Below, one piece after another: positions 1-9,159 of a stretch of 64,000 nt of DNA; positions within the stretch are counted from its first letter, which is position 1, and the number at the start of each line of letters is the position of its first letter. The translations under genes were made by a program, and so were the position numbers. The notes under the pieces were generated by a model. The model was not told the DNA's origin. It ran no database searches and was given only the letters and a program-made list of their open reading frames with translations. The DNA lies in IMG/VR virus record IMGVR_UViG_3300032236_001850, positions 124,001 through 188,000 of that record. One strand, 5' to 3'.

Positions 1-1
1 C

Positions 2-2062
2 AATTCAGTTGCAAAGAAATCCAATGTATGGGATTCTCATACTACCTACAATATGGGTGACGTTGTTATAGGCCCAGATAATTGGGTCTATGCTTCCTTG
101 GTTGGTGGTAATAATAATGTAAATCCAGCAGGCTATGATATGTTTAATCTTCCATACGGTACAGGTGCATTTGATAATCAAGGTGGAACAGGAGGAATAT
201 TCTCGGTACCACCGTGTAAAGATTGGGGATATCATCCGTATGCTCCTGTTGACACCAGAAGATTCTGGTTGAGATTTTGGCCGGTTATTTACAATTGGTT
301 TGCTCCCTGGGGAAATCTAAATTCAAAATGGAATGACTTAGATAATGCACCAGATTCGGACCCATATTCAGTGTATTTTGTGGGTAATGCAGATTTTGAT
401 TATGTGAGTTCAGGAACATTCTGCCAACCGATATCAATTAGTATGTATCCTGGAGAACCTACAGAAGTACGAACATTTGGAGGGGATAATGATAATGTTA
501 GTGGAGAGGGTGGTGCATTTAATCTTGACTATGTAAGTGATATTGATCTAGGAACACCATCAAACGTTTCGCAGAGTGGTTACGTTCACACTGACGGTTT
601 AGCGAGAGGATGGAATCCTCCATTCAACGATCATCCCGGAGGTGATACGAAATACCCAAGAGAGGATGTTCAGGGTAATTTATATGTTGGTAGTTCATAC
701 GTAAACGATAATAGAATAGTTACATTTCCCTATGTTGCGCTTGCCGTTGCACCAGGATCACCAGTATCACCAAGAGATTCAGCCCTATCGTACCTATTGG
801 GTGATCCTAATGGTGGATTTGTTTCAGGAATATATTTTGGAAGCAATTCAGCTTCCAATACATTCTATGTGTATCCACAAGATAATTCCTCTAGATATAA
901 AATATGGGCAAGTGAGATAAGTGGACCTACAGATCCATATTTCGTTAATTATACCTATGGAGGTCAATATACGTTAGGAGCCTATGATGGAAGCACGCCA
1001 CAAAGTGCAGGAATAGAATGGGTGGAGAATGATCTGGATTATGATGCTTATAACGACGATTGGCCTAATAAGGACAGGATAGCGGAAAGAGATCCTTTCC
1101 CGACCAACACCTTTGGTGATTGCCATTTCGGAGATAATTTCACGGGTAATGTTGCTTTCTGTGCTATAACATGGGAAAATGTTGACGAAAAAACGGTAAG
1201 AAATAATCCAAGTTATCTCCTGGTAGATGATCCTTCACTTACATTCCCTGTTGATGGGGTTTTCCGTGGGGTAACTATGAAAACCAACAACAGATATAAT
1301 ATTTTTCTACATGGAGTAAATGGACTGGATATTAAATCAAGCGATTCCACAATATTTGAAACCATAAGCAACAATAGAGGTGAATTATCGCAATTTAATA
1401 TCTGTAGAAATTTAACCGATGTGGAGCTAGGTAAATCCAGATATAACTCACTTTATGGGTTAATTGGGGTTTACCAATCGGGCACAATGATTCATAATTA
1501 TATCGAGAATGTTCATAATAGTTCAATGAAGGATGGCATGTGGTACAACACTATGACATTTTTCAACCGTGGACCAAAAGGATGGACTATTGTAGCAGAT
1601 AACAGAGATTGGGCTACCTTCTATATAAGCGAGGGAAACACATACTCGGAGGGATTCCAAGAAAATAGATTCAGGGGATCTTCTATAGCTTCCTCGTACG
1701 GTAATTATTTCTTTAAAAATGGGACTCTTTTTCCTTTCGGAAATGAGTCCATATTACCAATAGACGTCAGAACATCCTCATTTGGTCCACATCAAATCGA
1801 TAATAGTATAGGAAAATTTTATAACACCACAGTTGAAACATCAGCAATGAATGGACTCGATGTTAGCAGACCAACCTATCTACAATTGTATTTTAACAAG
1901 AGAATATTAAGACCAACTAGATGGAACGCAGAAGGAGGTAGTTGGACCTATGGGGATTTCCCAATGATACACTTCTATGATAACTCAGGTTACATATTTT
2001 ACCAACAATACGGAAGTACATCGCAATACAATACACCGGATGGACCAAGACCAAATTTCTAA
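2..2062 (+). CDS. Large G/N/D-rich putative virion structural (fibre/spike-like) protein, 5' partial
   Basis: Frame is open from position 2 (ORF track starts at ATG 53); G/N/D/Y-rich, with NxFG-like repeats; no catalytic motif seen. Confidence 0.5.
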   Translation, partial: NSVAKKSNVWDSHTTYNMGDVVIGPDNWVYASLVGGNNNVNPAGYDMFNLPYGTGAFDNQGGTGGIFSVPPCKDWGYHPYAPVDTRRFWLRFWPVIYNWFAPWGNLNSKWNDLDNAPDSDPYSVYFVGNADFDYVSSGTFCQPISISMYPGEPTEVRTFGGDNDNVSGEGGAFNLDYVSDIDLGTPSNVSQSGYVHTDGLARGWNPPFNDHPGGDTKYPREDVQGNLYVGSSYVNDNRIVTFPYVALAVAPGSPVSPRDSALSYLLGDPNGGFVSGIYFGSNSASNTFYVYPQDNSSRYKIWASEISGPTDPYFVNYTYGGQYTLGAYDGSTPQSAGIEWVENDLDYDAYNDDWPNKDRIAERDPFPTNTFGDCHFGDNFTGNVAFCAITWENVDEKTVRNNPSYLLVDDPSLTFPVDGVFRGVTMKTNNRYNIFLHGVNGLDIKSSDSTIFETISNNRGELSQFNICRNLTDVELGKSRYNSLYGLIGVYQSGTMIHNYIENVHNSSMKDGMWYNTMTFFNRGPKGWTIVADNRDWATFYISEGNTYSEGFQENRFRGSSIASSYGNYFFKNGTLFPFGNESILPIDVRTSSFGPHQIDNSIGKFYNTTVETSAMNGLDVSRPTYLQLYFNKRILRPTRWNAEGGSWTYGDFPMIHFYDNSGYIFYQQYGSTSQYNTPDGPRPNF

Positions 2063-2074
2063 TACGTAGGAATT

Positions 2075-2779
2075 TTAAAAACCGAGATCTCCAAGGGTTG
2101 ACATATCACTTAGACCTTCGCCGCCCTCACCCTCGAATCTTTTCCAAATTTCAGGTGCATATTTCTTAAGCAGGCTTAAGATCTCGAATGATTTCTGTGG
2201 ATATTTTTGGAGTGTTGAATTAAGCATCTCCATATCTGAGAAGAGAGTGAGCACTAAGGATTTTATCTTTGGTGTGTTGATTTTTTCTATTTCGTCTATA
2301 ATGCTTGGAATACTAAAATTTCCTTCATCAGTTCCGAAATAGGAGCATTCAAACTTTCCACCAACCTTAACAGGAAACCCTTCAAGAGTAACAAGTGGGT
2401 TGTACCATATATTATAATCTCTACCAACTTCAATAGGTCCGCCTTCTAATGATTTTATGCTGTTATTATTAACTAGGAAACTACCGCCAACTTTTGTAGG
2501 AGAGCCTTCCAAAGATTCCAATCCACAATTTGTAAATTGAAAATCCCCAGTAACTTCACCAAATTGAACTCCTTTAAAATCTCTACAAACAAGTTTTGAT
2601 TTTGTGTCATTCTCTCCGAATTTAACATCACCTTTCACATTAACCAGACCTGTTGATCTATCAAAGTCCCATTTGTCACCTGCAACCTTATTCAGGAAGA
2701 AGAATTGGTCCATTGAAGGACCATTATCATCATCCATATCAGAGGATTCGAAAATTTCGTATGCTTTTATATTTTTCAT
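2075..2779 (-). CDS. 22-aa LRR-type repeat protein with CTS-like leader
   Basis: Starts MKNIKAYEIFES; repeats SLEGSPTKVGGSF / SLEGGPIEVGRDY / TLEGFPVKVGGKF; ends LGDLGF. Confidence 0.8.
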   Translation of the reverse strand: MKNIKAYEIFESSDMDDDNGPSMDQFFFLNKVAGDKWDFDRSTGLVNVKGDVKFGENDTKSKLVCRDFKGVQFGEVTGDFQFTNCGLESLEGSPTKVGGSFLVNNNSIKSLEGGPIEVGRDYNIWYNPLVTLEGFPVKVGGKFECSYFGTDEGNFSIPSIIDEIEKINTPKIKSLVLTLFSDMEMLNSTLQKYPQKSFEILSLLKKYAPEIWKRFEGEGGEGLSDMSTLGDLGF

Positions 2780-2781
2780 AA

Positions 2782-3342
2782 TTATGTAAATTTTGTTGCT
2801 CTTTTAGCTTTTATTAATTTTGTATACAAATCCCTGTTTGGAAGTTTATTTAGAATTTCTTGTAAATCCTCCGAATCCACAAATCTCATTATTCTGGGTG
2901 GGTTTTTTATTAGAGAATCAATAACACATTGATCAAAATCATCAGTTCCGTTATTTTTAAATATCTCATCAACATTACTAAAAACTTTTTTAAATTCCTC
3001 AATTATTTTGTACGGATTTCTTTCAATACACCAGAATGAGTACTTCTCATTATTTCTTGGTTTAAGTCCACTCCAGGCTTCATAGTCCATATTGTCGGCA
3101 TCTTGACTATTCATTAATTCACCAACCTCACTCATAAGCATATAAAGATCAGTCACTGTTGAAGCATCAGCTTCCTCAGCAAACTCTGAAATAACAACCG
3201 CAGCTGCATCAAAGAAATCCTTAGCAACCACGATCAAGTAACCAATCGTTGATACCTCCCTGCCAGTTATTTCCATATAGAAAACAAATCCCATCATATC
3301 AGATTTGTCATTTAGTTCCTCGTATAGTTTAATGTTTCTCAT
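2782..3342 (-). CDS. Hypothetical protein with CTS-like leader
   Basis: Starts MRNIKLYEELND; ATGA overlap with upstream gene. Confidence 0.8.
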   Translation of the reverse strand: MRNIKLYEELNDKSDMMGFVFYMEITGREVSTIGYLIVVAKDFFDAAAVVISEFAEEADASTVTDLYMLMSEVGELMNSQDADNMDYEAWSGLKPRNNEKYSFWCIERNPYKIIEEFKKVFSNVDEIFKNNGTDDFDQCVIDSLIKNPPRIMRFVDSEDLQEILNKLPNRDLYTKLIKAKRATKFT

Positions 3343-3965
3343 AAAAATCCTCTTTTTAATGCCCTTCCTATATGGGAAAAATCCTTTATTCCCGCTTTAT
3401 CCATGATTTTTTTCTTTAAATCCGGACACGGATTCAGAATATAAGTTGATGTTGGTTTGTCCTTAAAGAATTTAATAACCTTCGATTCTGGGATTCTTGT
3501 TATTAAAGATTTTATAAGATCTGGATTTCCACAGTCTATTAGCGGCTCCAAATTTTCGGGATCATCCAGGTATTTTCTATTTGACATATCATAGTCATAA
3601 AGTTCCTTAACTGCAAATTTTTCTATCCCTCTAAATATTGACTCGTAATCGGAAACACTAGACACACTAAATCCCATAATGTATTCCCAATCAAAATCTT
3701 TAAATTCGTAAATACCAATTCTTATCTTATCGTTGGATGTTGGTGTCATCTCTCTCAATTCATACTTCAACACAGTTTCATCCTCACCATGTGGATAAAT
3801 GGTTATCTTAGTTACCTTGCCGTCCTGTTTTTGTTCTGTGTTAATATCCGCCCATTCGGAAATTTTCTTATATGCATCAAGATTTCCCAATGAACCAACA
3901 TAAGGTCTATAAACATTCTCGTTGATTTTTCTTCCGAAAAGATTGAAAGATTTAATTATTCTCAT
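3339..3965 (-). CDS. Hypothetical protein, CTS-like leader plus TGIKD C-terminal module
   Basis: MRIIKSFNLF...; ends KAGIKDFSHIGRALKRGFL; GATATATA at 3970-3977 on minus strand. Confidence 0.85.
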   Translation of the reverse strand: MRIIKSFNLFGRKINENVYRPYVGSLGNLDAYKKISEWADINTEQKQDGKVTKITIYPHGEDETVLKYELREMTPTSNDKIRIGIYEFKDFDWEYIMGFSVSSVSDYESIFRGIEKFAVKELYDYDMSNRKYLDDPENLEPLIDCGNPDLIKSLITRIPESKVIKFFKDKPTSTYILNPCPDLKKKIMDKAGIKDFSHIGRALKRGFL

Positions 3966-3983
3966 CCCTTATATATCCCAAAT

Positions 3984-4069
3984 AAAAAAGGTTGGAGTAG
4001 CGAATTCCAACCTTTACATAGCCGTAACTATTCCGGTCCTAAAATCTGACTTCAGAGAGTCAGCCGGAT
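3984..4069 (-). ncRNA. Candidate structured small RNA (unidentified)
   Basis: AATATATA promoter variant at 4074-4081 (minus); stems UCCGG/CCGGA and CUGACU/AGUCAG, a UACG-loop hairpin, then terminator GGUUGGA/UCCAACC-U6; no ORF. Confidence 0.45.
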
Positions 4070-4137
4070 GTTCTATATATTCTTTGCATCCCAATTTTTA
4101 GGTCGAAATTTGATATATAAACCAAAAACATAATAAA

Positions 4138-4773
4138 ATGAGAAAAGCATGCATCGTGTTATTTCTTTTGGTTTTTGGAGTGATTAATGCTCAAGACACC
4201 ATAAGACTTAAACACACAAACTACACTGCTGTCTACAGCAAGACTTTAAATTACCCAGTACTTGTTGAATGGTGGGAAACCAAAGCAAAGGACGGATGTC
4301 CAAGCCCATTAAAAAGAAAAGATGAATTCAAACCAGATCCGCTTCTACTTAAGGAGACAGATATAGCGAAGGATTATGTTGGATCAGGGTATGACAGGGG
4401 ACATATGTGCCCAGCAGCTTCCAATCTATGTAGTGGTGATAAAGTTCAATCTGAATGCTTCTATTTCAGCAATATGGCACCGCAGCTTCACAGATTAAAT
4501 GCTGGAGATTGGAAAGTATTAGAGATGAAAACAAGAGAGATAGCGATTGCTAATGACAGTGTACATGTTTGGTGTGGTAGCTTGGGAGAGATTAAAAAAG
4601 TTGGTAAGATATCAATACCTAAAACCTGTTGGAAAGTGGTTTACATCAAGAAAACAAAAATCTTTACAGCATACATTTTCAATAATGATGATTCAAAACC
4701 AGACGGAATAGAAAACAATATAGTTCCTCTGGAAGCAGTAGAAAAATTAACAGGATATAAATTTAAAAGGTAA
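4138..4773 (+). CDS. DNA/RNA non-specific endonuclease (NucA/EndA type) with signal peptide
   Basis: YDRGHMCPA motif, FYFSNMAPQ, LNAGDWKVLE; hydrophobic N-terminus ending VINA-QD. Confidence 0.92.
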   Translation: MRKACIVLFLLVFGVINAQDTIRLKHTNYTAVYSKTLNYPVLVEWWETKAKDGCPSPLKRKDEFKPDPLLLKETDIAKDYVGSGYDRGHMCPAASNLCSGDKVQSECFYFSNMAPQLHRLNAGDWKVLEMKTREIAIANDSVHVWCGSLGEIKKVGKISIPKTCWKVVYIKKTKIFTAYIFNNDDSKPDGIENNIVPLEAVEKLTGYKFKR

Positions 4774-4806
4774 AAAAAAGGCTGATATCAATATCAGCCT
4801 TTTTTT
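4773..4806. terminator. Bidirectional intrinsic terminator
   Basis: A7-GGCTGATAT-caa-TATCAGCC-T run between convergent genes. Confidence 0.85.
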
Positions 4807-5569
4807 ATATCATTCCAGATTTTAGTTTTCTACCTATTTTTCCGTAATCTTTTAACCCTGTCCTTTCCAATACTCCAGCCTTAAATTTCTCAAGATTGTC
4901 GATCTTATAGAGTTCCAATGGATTTTTCTTGAAAAAATTATCAATATCCTCAAGAACATCATAATTTATAGGATCGCCGATTTTTAATTTAAGTATGTAC
5001 TCTAGATATTTTCTAATGAAATTGGAATATTCCGGAAGATGTAATTTTTTACTCTCCAAACCAGCATAAGTCATATAAAATCTACCCCCATATTCTCTAA
5101 AAGCTAATAAAATTTGGGATATAATAAGATGAAAAATATAGTTATTATCTCCGCTAACCTCTATTTGTCTCTCCCCAGCTTCATCAGTTCCTATATAATC
5201 AAATTTATTCTCGTCAGATTCGCCAATTACAAATCTTATTTTATAAACATTTGAACCTGATCCAAGACCAGGAGAGCAACTCATTATTTTTTCATTGGGT
5301 TCTGGGTTTAGAGCCTGGGTAAAAGCATAACTTATTGTTCCCCAAAGGAAATATGTATTTAATATAACATCAAGTGTCTTGAGCCCATTTGATTTATAAT
5401 CATAGATATCACCAGCATCATAATTAGGAAAAACATGTAGACCAACAGCTTGAGAGTGATTATTTTTATCCACTCTAAAAGTTATACATTTTTCCAAATA
5501 ATGGTATATTGGAATACGATCAATTGATTCTGATTCAAAAAGTTGATCAAAGGATTTTATTATTTTCAT
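4805..5569 (-). CDS. Hypothetical protein, CTS-like leader plus TGIKD module
   Basis: MKIIKSFDQLFES; ends RTGLKDYGKIGRKLKSGMI. Confidence 0.85.
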   Translation of the reverse strand: MKIIKSFDQLFESESIDRIPIYHYLEKCITFRVDKNNHSQAVGLHVFPNYDAGDIYDYKSNGLKTLDVILNTYFLWGTISYAFTQALNPEPNEKIMSCSPGLGSGSNVYKIRFVIGESDENKFDYIGTDEAGERQIEVSGDNNYIFHLIISQILLAFREYGGRFYMTYAGLESKKLHLPEYSNFIRKYLEYILKLKIGDPINYDVLEDIDNFFKKNPLELYKIDNLEKFKAGVLERTGLKDYGKIGRKLKSGMI

Positions 5570-6684
5570 TATATGAGCCCTCCTCTTAATTTTCTACCGA
5601 TAGCACTAAAATCTTTAATCCCAGTTCTTCTTAAAACACCAGCTTTATATTCTGGATAATCATCAAGTAAATAAAGATCCGTTGGATTTTTTTTCATATG
5701 GTCATCTAGGATTTTTTCAACTTCGGAACTCAAAGATGAACCAAGAAGATAACTTCTAGCAAAATCGGTGAGCAAATTGGATTTTTCATTCATATCTATA
5801 TAGTTTTCACCTATATAAATATTCAAATGTTCGATTTCCGTAGTGATTATCTTCTCTATTTCTTTAACCACCTCATCAATAGTTTTATAACCAAGATAAA
5901 TTTTAATATCTCTCATCTTTTTACTACGACCATGAAGATCAAGGTTTCGATCGACATTTTTGCTTGTTACCTTTTTACCTTCCCCTTTCGGTATAATTCG
6001 GATTTCATTTGCATTGGTACCAATCATGTATTGATTATTGTTTCTTTTTACAGCACCGCTTATTTCCAATATAAAATCAGGGAAAATACGTATGCCAGCT
6101 AAGGCCAAATAACGAAAATTTATCACAATCCCAGCATTTTTACCTTGCATATAAATACCACTAATCGAATTAATATGATCTATCAATTTGGATTTACCCT
6201 TGATTAAAGAGAAATCTGTTATGATGTCGCTTCTTCTTTCTTTTCTGTATACAACATATAAATCGATTGGGAGTTCCCATATCTTGGAAAAGATGAAAGC
6301 ATCATCGTCAACAAGCTCTTTTGCTTCCTTCCTATTGAAATCATTAGGTGCAAACTTATAAACAATATCTCTGATGAAAGTTTGAAGCAGATCCACAAGA
6401 TTCGAAGAGTATTTCATACCGTAATGGCTCCCACTTGAAACAAAGGTAAAGTGCCAATCGCTTCCAGATTTATAAAAGTATGGGCTGCCCGGATTGTTAA
6501 CATAGTCACTGGTGTTTTTGTTTATCAACACATTTATTCTACCGGTTCTTGTTGGGTAAAGTCTATACCATTTTTGAATTTGCTCGAGTTCTCTAGTTCC
6601 TTCGGCTAGTCTGAAGAACTCCTCACAGTCCTCATTCATTTTGGCTGCTTCAAAAAGTTCATTAAAAGTTTTAATTATTCTCAT
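5569..6684 (-). CDS. Hypothetical protein, CTS-like leader plus TGIKD module
   Basis: MRIIKTFNELFEA; ends RTGIKDFSAIGRKLRGGLI; GATATATA at 6689-6696 (minus). Confidence 0.85.
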   Translation of the reverse strand: MRIIKTFNELFEAAKMNEDCEEFFRLAEGTRELEQIQKWYRLYPTRTGRINVLINKNTSDYVNNPGSPYFYKSGSDWHFTFVSSGSHYGMKYSSNLVDLLQTFIRDIVYKFAPNDFNRKEAKELVDDDAFIFSKIWELPIDLYVVYRKERRSDIITDFSLIKGKSKLIDHINSISGIYMQGKNAGIVINFRYLALAGIRIFPDFILEISGAVKRNNNQYMIGTNANEIRIIPKGEGKKVTSKNVDRNLDLHGRSKKMRDIKIYLGYKTIDEVVKEIEKIITTEIEHLNIYIGENYIDMNEKSNLLTDFARSYLLGSSLSSEVEKILDDHMKKNPTDLYLLDDYPEYKAGVLRRTGIKDFSAIGRKLRGGLI

Positions 6685-6694
6685 GAAGTATATA

Positions 6695-6985
6695 TCACTT
6701 CACAGAAATCCAACCCTTACCCAGACAAACCAGATTTATAATGTCACAGTGTTCATCTGGAATATTAACCATTGTGAAGTATGAATGATCATAATCCTTA
6801 TTTGATTCAGCAAAGACACCATATAGATTTCTTCCACTGTAATATCCTGCAAGTTTTCTTCTAATATCCATATCCTCGGAGTTGCCAAAGGAGTATTTCT
6901 GACCACCAATAAATTTGAAGGAGCCCATTATGGAATCATTTAGACAATATTCTTCTCTGTAGATAAAGGATTCACCGGAGCACAT
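6695..6985 (-). CDS. Hypothetical protein, C-terminal WxxVK
   Basis: TAATG coupling to upstream gene; ends GWISVK. Confidence 0.7.
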   Translation of the reverse strand: MCSGESFIYREEYCLNDSIMGSFKFIGGQKYSFGNSEDMDIRRKLAGYYSGRNLYGVFAESNKDYDHSYFTMVNIPDEHCDIINLVCLGKGWISVK

Positions 6986-7245
6986 TATCTGATCTTTATA
7001 AATTCAGGTGCGTTAGCATAAGCCTCCAGAAGTTCATAGATTCTTTGTGACACAATAAGCGAACTCGTTCTCCAAGCATCATCACCGTTGAATCCACCTC
7101 TTATTTTATAAACATGATCCCGACCGTTGCGAACGCGCAACTTCTCAATCTCATAAGTCTCACCATGTTTCATTTCAATTTCACCATCACTGGTTCTGAT
7201 TGGCTTTATATCAAACCAACTCTTATATACAAAACTTTCCATCAT
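6985..7245 (-). CDS. Hypothetical protein, C-terminal FIKIR
   Basis: TAATTTTG promoter at 7250-7257 (minus); ends PEFIKIR. Confidence 0.75.
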   Translation of the reverse strand: MMESFVYKSWFDIKPIRTSDGEIEMKHGETYEIEKLRVRNGRDHVYKIRGGFNGDDAWRTSSLIVSQRIYELLEAYANAPEFIKIR

Positions 7246-7298
7246 GCGACAAAATTAAAAAATGTTTGCGGATAAAAAAAATAATGCACAATAAAAAA

Positions 7299-7322
7299 CA
7301 TACTATGTTACTAACATACTAT
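7299..7322. repeat. Nested palindrome element (CATASTATG-TTASTAA-CATASTAT), copy 1
   Basis: catactatgttactaacatactat in a divergent intergenic region. Confidence 0.9.
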
Positions 7323-7497
7323 CTACGCAGATCCCACCCAGGGCGCATATACGTTCGCGTATATGAACGCGCTATTAAAAACATATGTAGATCCGGTAAA
7401 ATGGTTTTACTTCAGCAGCAAACAAATAAACAAGCAAAAAACAAACTATCGGAACATTTCATAAAAAAATCGATAGAATCTTTGAAAATCCCGCAAA

Positions 7498-7680
7498 ATG
7501 GCAAAATTTATATCTCCTCAGAAAAAGTTGGAGAATGATGAATCACTAAGAAGAATCAAGATTCGTCTGGATATTAGATTTGGTAGATATAGAGATGAAA
7601 TGAAGAACGAGATACCAATCGGGATTAACGGTTCCAAGTACTACAGGGTTAAAAAACTAGAAAACAAAACGGATGAGTAG
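7498..7680 (+). CDS. Small basic hypothetical protein
   Basis: 60-aa ORF overlapping the next start. Confidence 0.6.
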   Translation: MAKFISPQKKLENDESLRRIKIRLDIRFGRYRDEMKNEIPIGINGSKYYRVKKLENKTDE

Positions 7681-7876
7681 AAAAGTTACATTAGCGGAGG
7701 GATTACGAGAAGCTGCAGGAAATCTCACAATAGTTTATATCTGTTACGCATTAATACAGTGGGAACCAAATCCACTGAAATGGAATCCAATAGTACAGTA
7801 CTTTGCCATTTTTATGTCGTGTATTTATTTTCCATATAGGGACAATCAAAGATGGGAGAGGGATAAGGACAAATAA
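7673..7876 (+). CDS. Small two-TM membrane protein
   Basis: Two hydrophobic segments flanking WEPNPLKW. Confidence 0.75.
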   Translation: MSRKVTLAEGLREAAGNLTIVYICYALIQWEPNPLKWNPIVQYFAIFMSCIYFPYRDNQRWERDKDK

Positions 7877-7921
7877 TCCCACGGTGTCCGCACATACACG
7901 ACCGCATTCGATATATAATGT

Positions 7922-8554
7922 ATGAAAATAATAAAGACATTCGAGAGTTTCGAGGAGAAGGAATACACCTTTGATGAACTATCACAAGATGCAAAGAATC
8001 ATGCAATAGAGAACGAGAGAGGTTCATTGTATGACAGTATGGGTGATTGGTGGTACGAAGGAACAATAGAGGATGAAGCACAAAAACTAAGGGATGAGGG
8101 ATTTGAAGATGTTGATATACAATTTTCAGGATTCCACAGTCAAGGTGATGGAGCTTCATTTACTGGCAGAGTATCAGACATTAAACTTTTTGTTAAAGGC
8201 ACTCTCGATATGAAAACCATGAGCGACCAGGTTTTAGATAACATTTACATCTCAGTGGTTAGAACAGACACCAGACACGTTCATGAAAACTCGGTTAGGT
8301 TTGATTGTGAAGTTGACGGTGAGGAAGAAATAGTTTTATTCAGAGCACCAGGTTCAAATCTAGATATAAAAATATCAATTCAGTCTCAGTGTGATAAAAT
8401 AGAAGAAGTCGGAGCACCTTGGGTCAAGAGTAGATGTAAGGAGATATATGAAAAACTCGGTAAGGAGTACGACAGCTACTTTGAAGAGGAACACATAATA
8501 GCAGACATTAAAGCAAACGACTGTAAGTTTGACGAAGACGGAGATTTAATTTAA
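7922..8554 (+). CDS. YTFxELS-family phage protein with CTS-like leader
   Basis: YTFDELSQDAK..., FSGFHSQGDGASF; GATATATA 4 nt upstream; paralogous to 9805..10410. Confidence 0.85.
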   Translation: MKIIKTFESFEEKEYTFDELSQDAKNHAIENERGSLYDSMGDWWYEGTIEDEAQKLRDEGFEDVDIQFSGFHSQGDGASFTGRVSDIKLFVKGTLDMKTMSDQVLDNIYISVVRTDTRHVHENSVRFDCEVDGEEEIVLFRAPGSNLDIKISIQSQCDKIEEVGAPWVKSRCKEIYEKLGKEYDSYFEEEHIIADIKANDCKFDEDGDLI

Positions 8555-8586
8555 AGCACATCAAAAAGATGTGCTTTTATTTTTTT
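8554..8586 (+). terminator. Intrinsic terminator
   Basis: AAGCACATC-aaaaa-GATGTGCTT then T run. Confidence 0.75.
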
Positions 8587-8634
8587 ATTCCGAAATGATT
8601 TCATATATTTGCAATGATAATTATAATTGTAACT

Positions 8635-9159
8635 ATGAAACACTTTCTGGATAACCTAAACATCTTCCAAGATAGAAACGACGGAAAATTAAAATTGCTA
8701 CCAAAATTAGACGGACTATCTGCTTCTTACACACCATATTCTGAATCATATAAAAGCAGATTACCAGAAATGCTTGCTTCAAGAACGGACAGTCAAATTA
8801 AAAGATTCGAAACGGAAGCAAGAGGTAACCTCGGCAAGGGTCTAAGACCGTACACTCTAGGAAAATACGATGAATTAAACGAGATCGCGGAACCAGATGC
8901 GGAAAAACTAATTGCAAAATATGTTGCTTTAAAACTTAGAAACCCAACTCCGGTTATACTTTGGCATTATCCAAGTATGGTTAAATTAGCTACACCACAT
9001 ATGATTTCAAGGATTGAGAAAATTCTTGAGTATGAAAAAACTAAAGCAGATTTATACCAAGCTATAGAGGATCTTGAGCATAGTCACAAAAGATACCTAG
9101 AAGGAAACGAAAAAACTATAGAATCAGTTCTTAAAAAAGGACACAATCTCATGATATAA
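8635..9159 (+). CDS. Hypothetical protein ending KGHNLMI
   Basis: ATG 8635 after promoter 8604; tail shared with next gene. Confidence 0.8.
   Translation: MKHFLDNLNIFQDRNDGKLKLLPKLDGLSASYTPYSESYKSRLPEMLASRTDSQIKRFETEARGNLGKGLRPYTLGKYDELNEIAEPDAEKLIAKYVALKLRNPTPVILWHYPSMVKLATPHMISRIEKILEYEKTKADLYQAIEDLEHSHKRYLEGNEKTIESVLKKGHNLMI

Noticed and set aside
3984-4069. SRP RNA, tRNA or preQ1 identity for the candidate RNA
   Set aside because: AGGACCGGAA resembles SRP helix 8 but GGAAGCAG is absent; no cloverleaf; the loop-like UUCGCUAC is followed by U-rich, not A-rich, sequence
7200-7538. ORF-track 112-aa ORF
   Set aside because: Overlaps an opposite-strand gene and promoter and runs through the palindrome and hairpin
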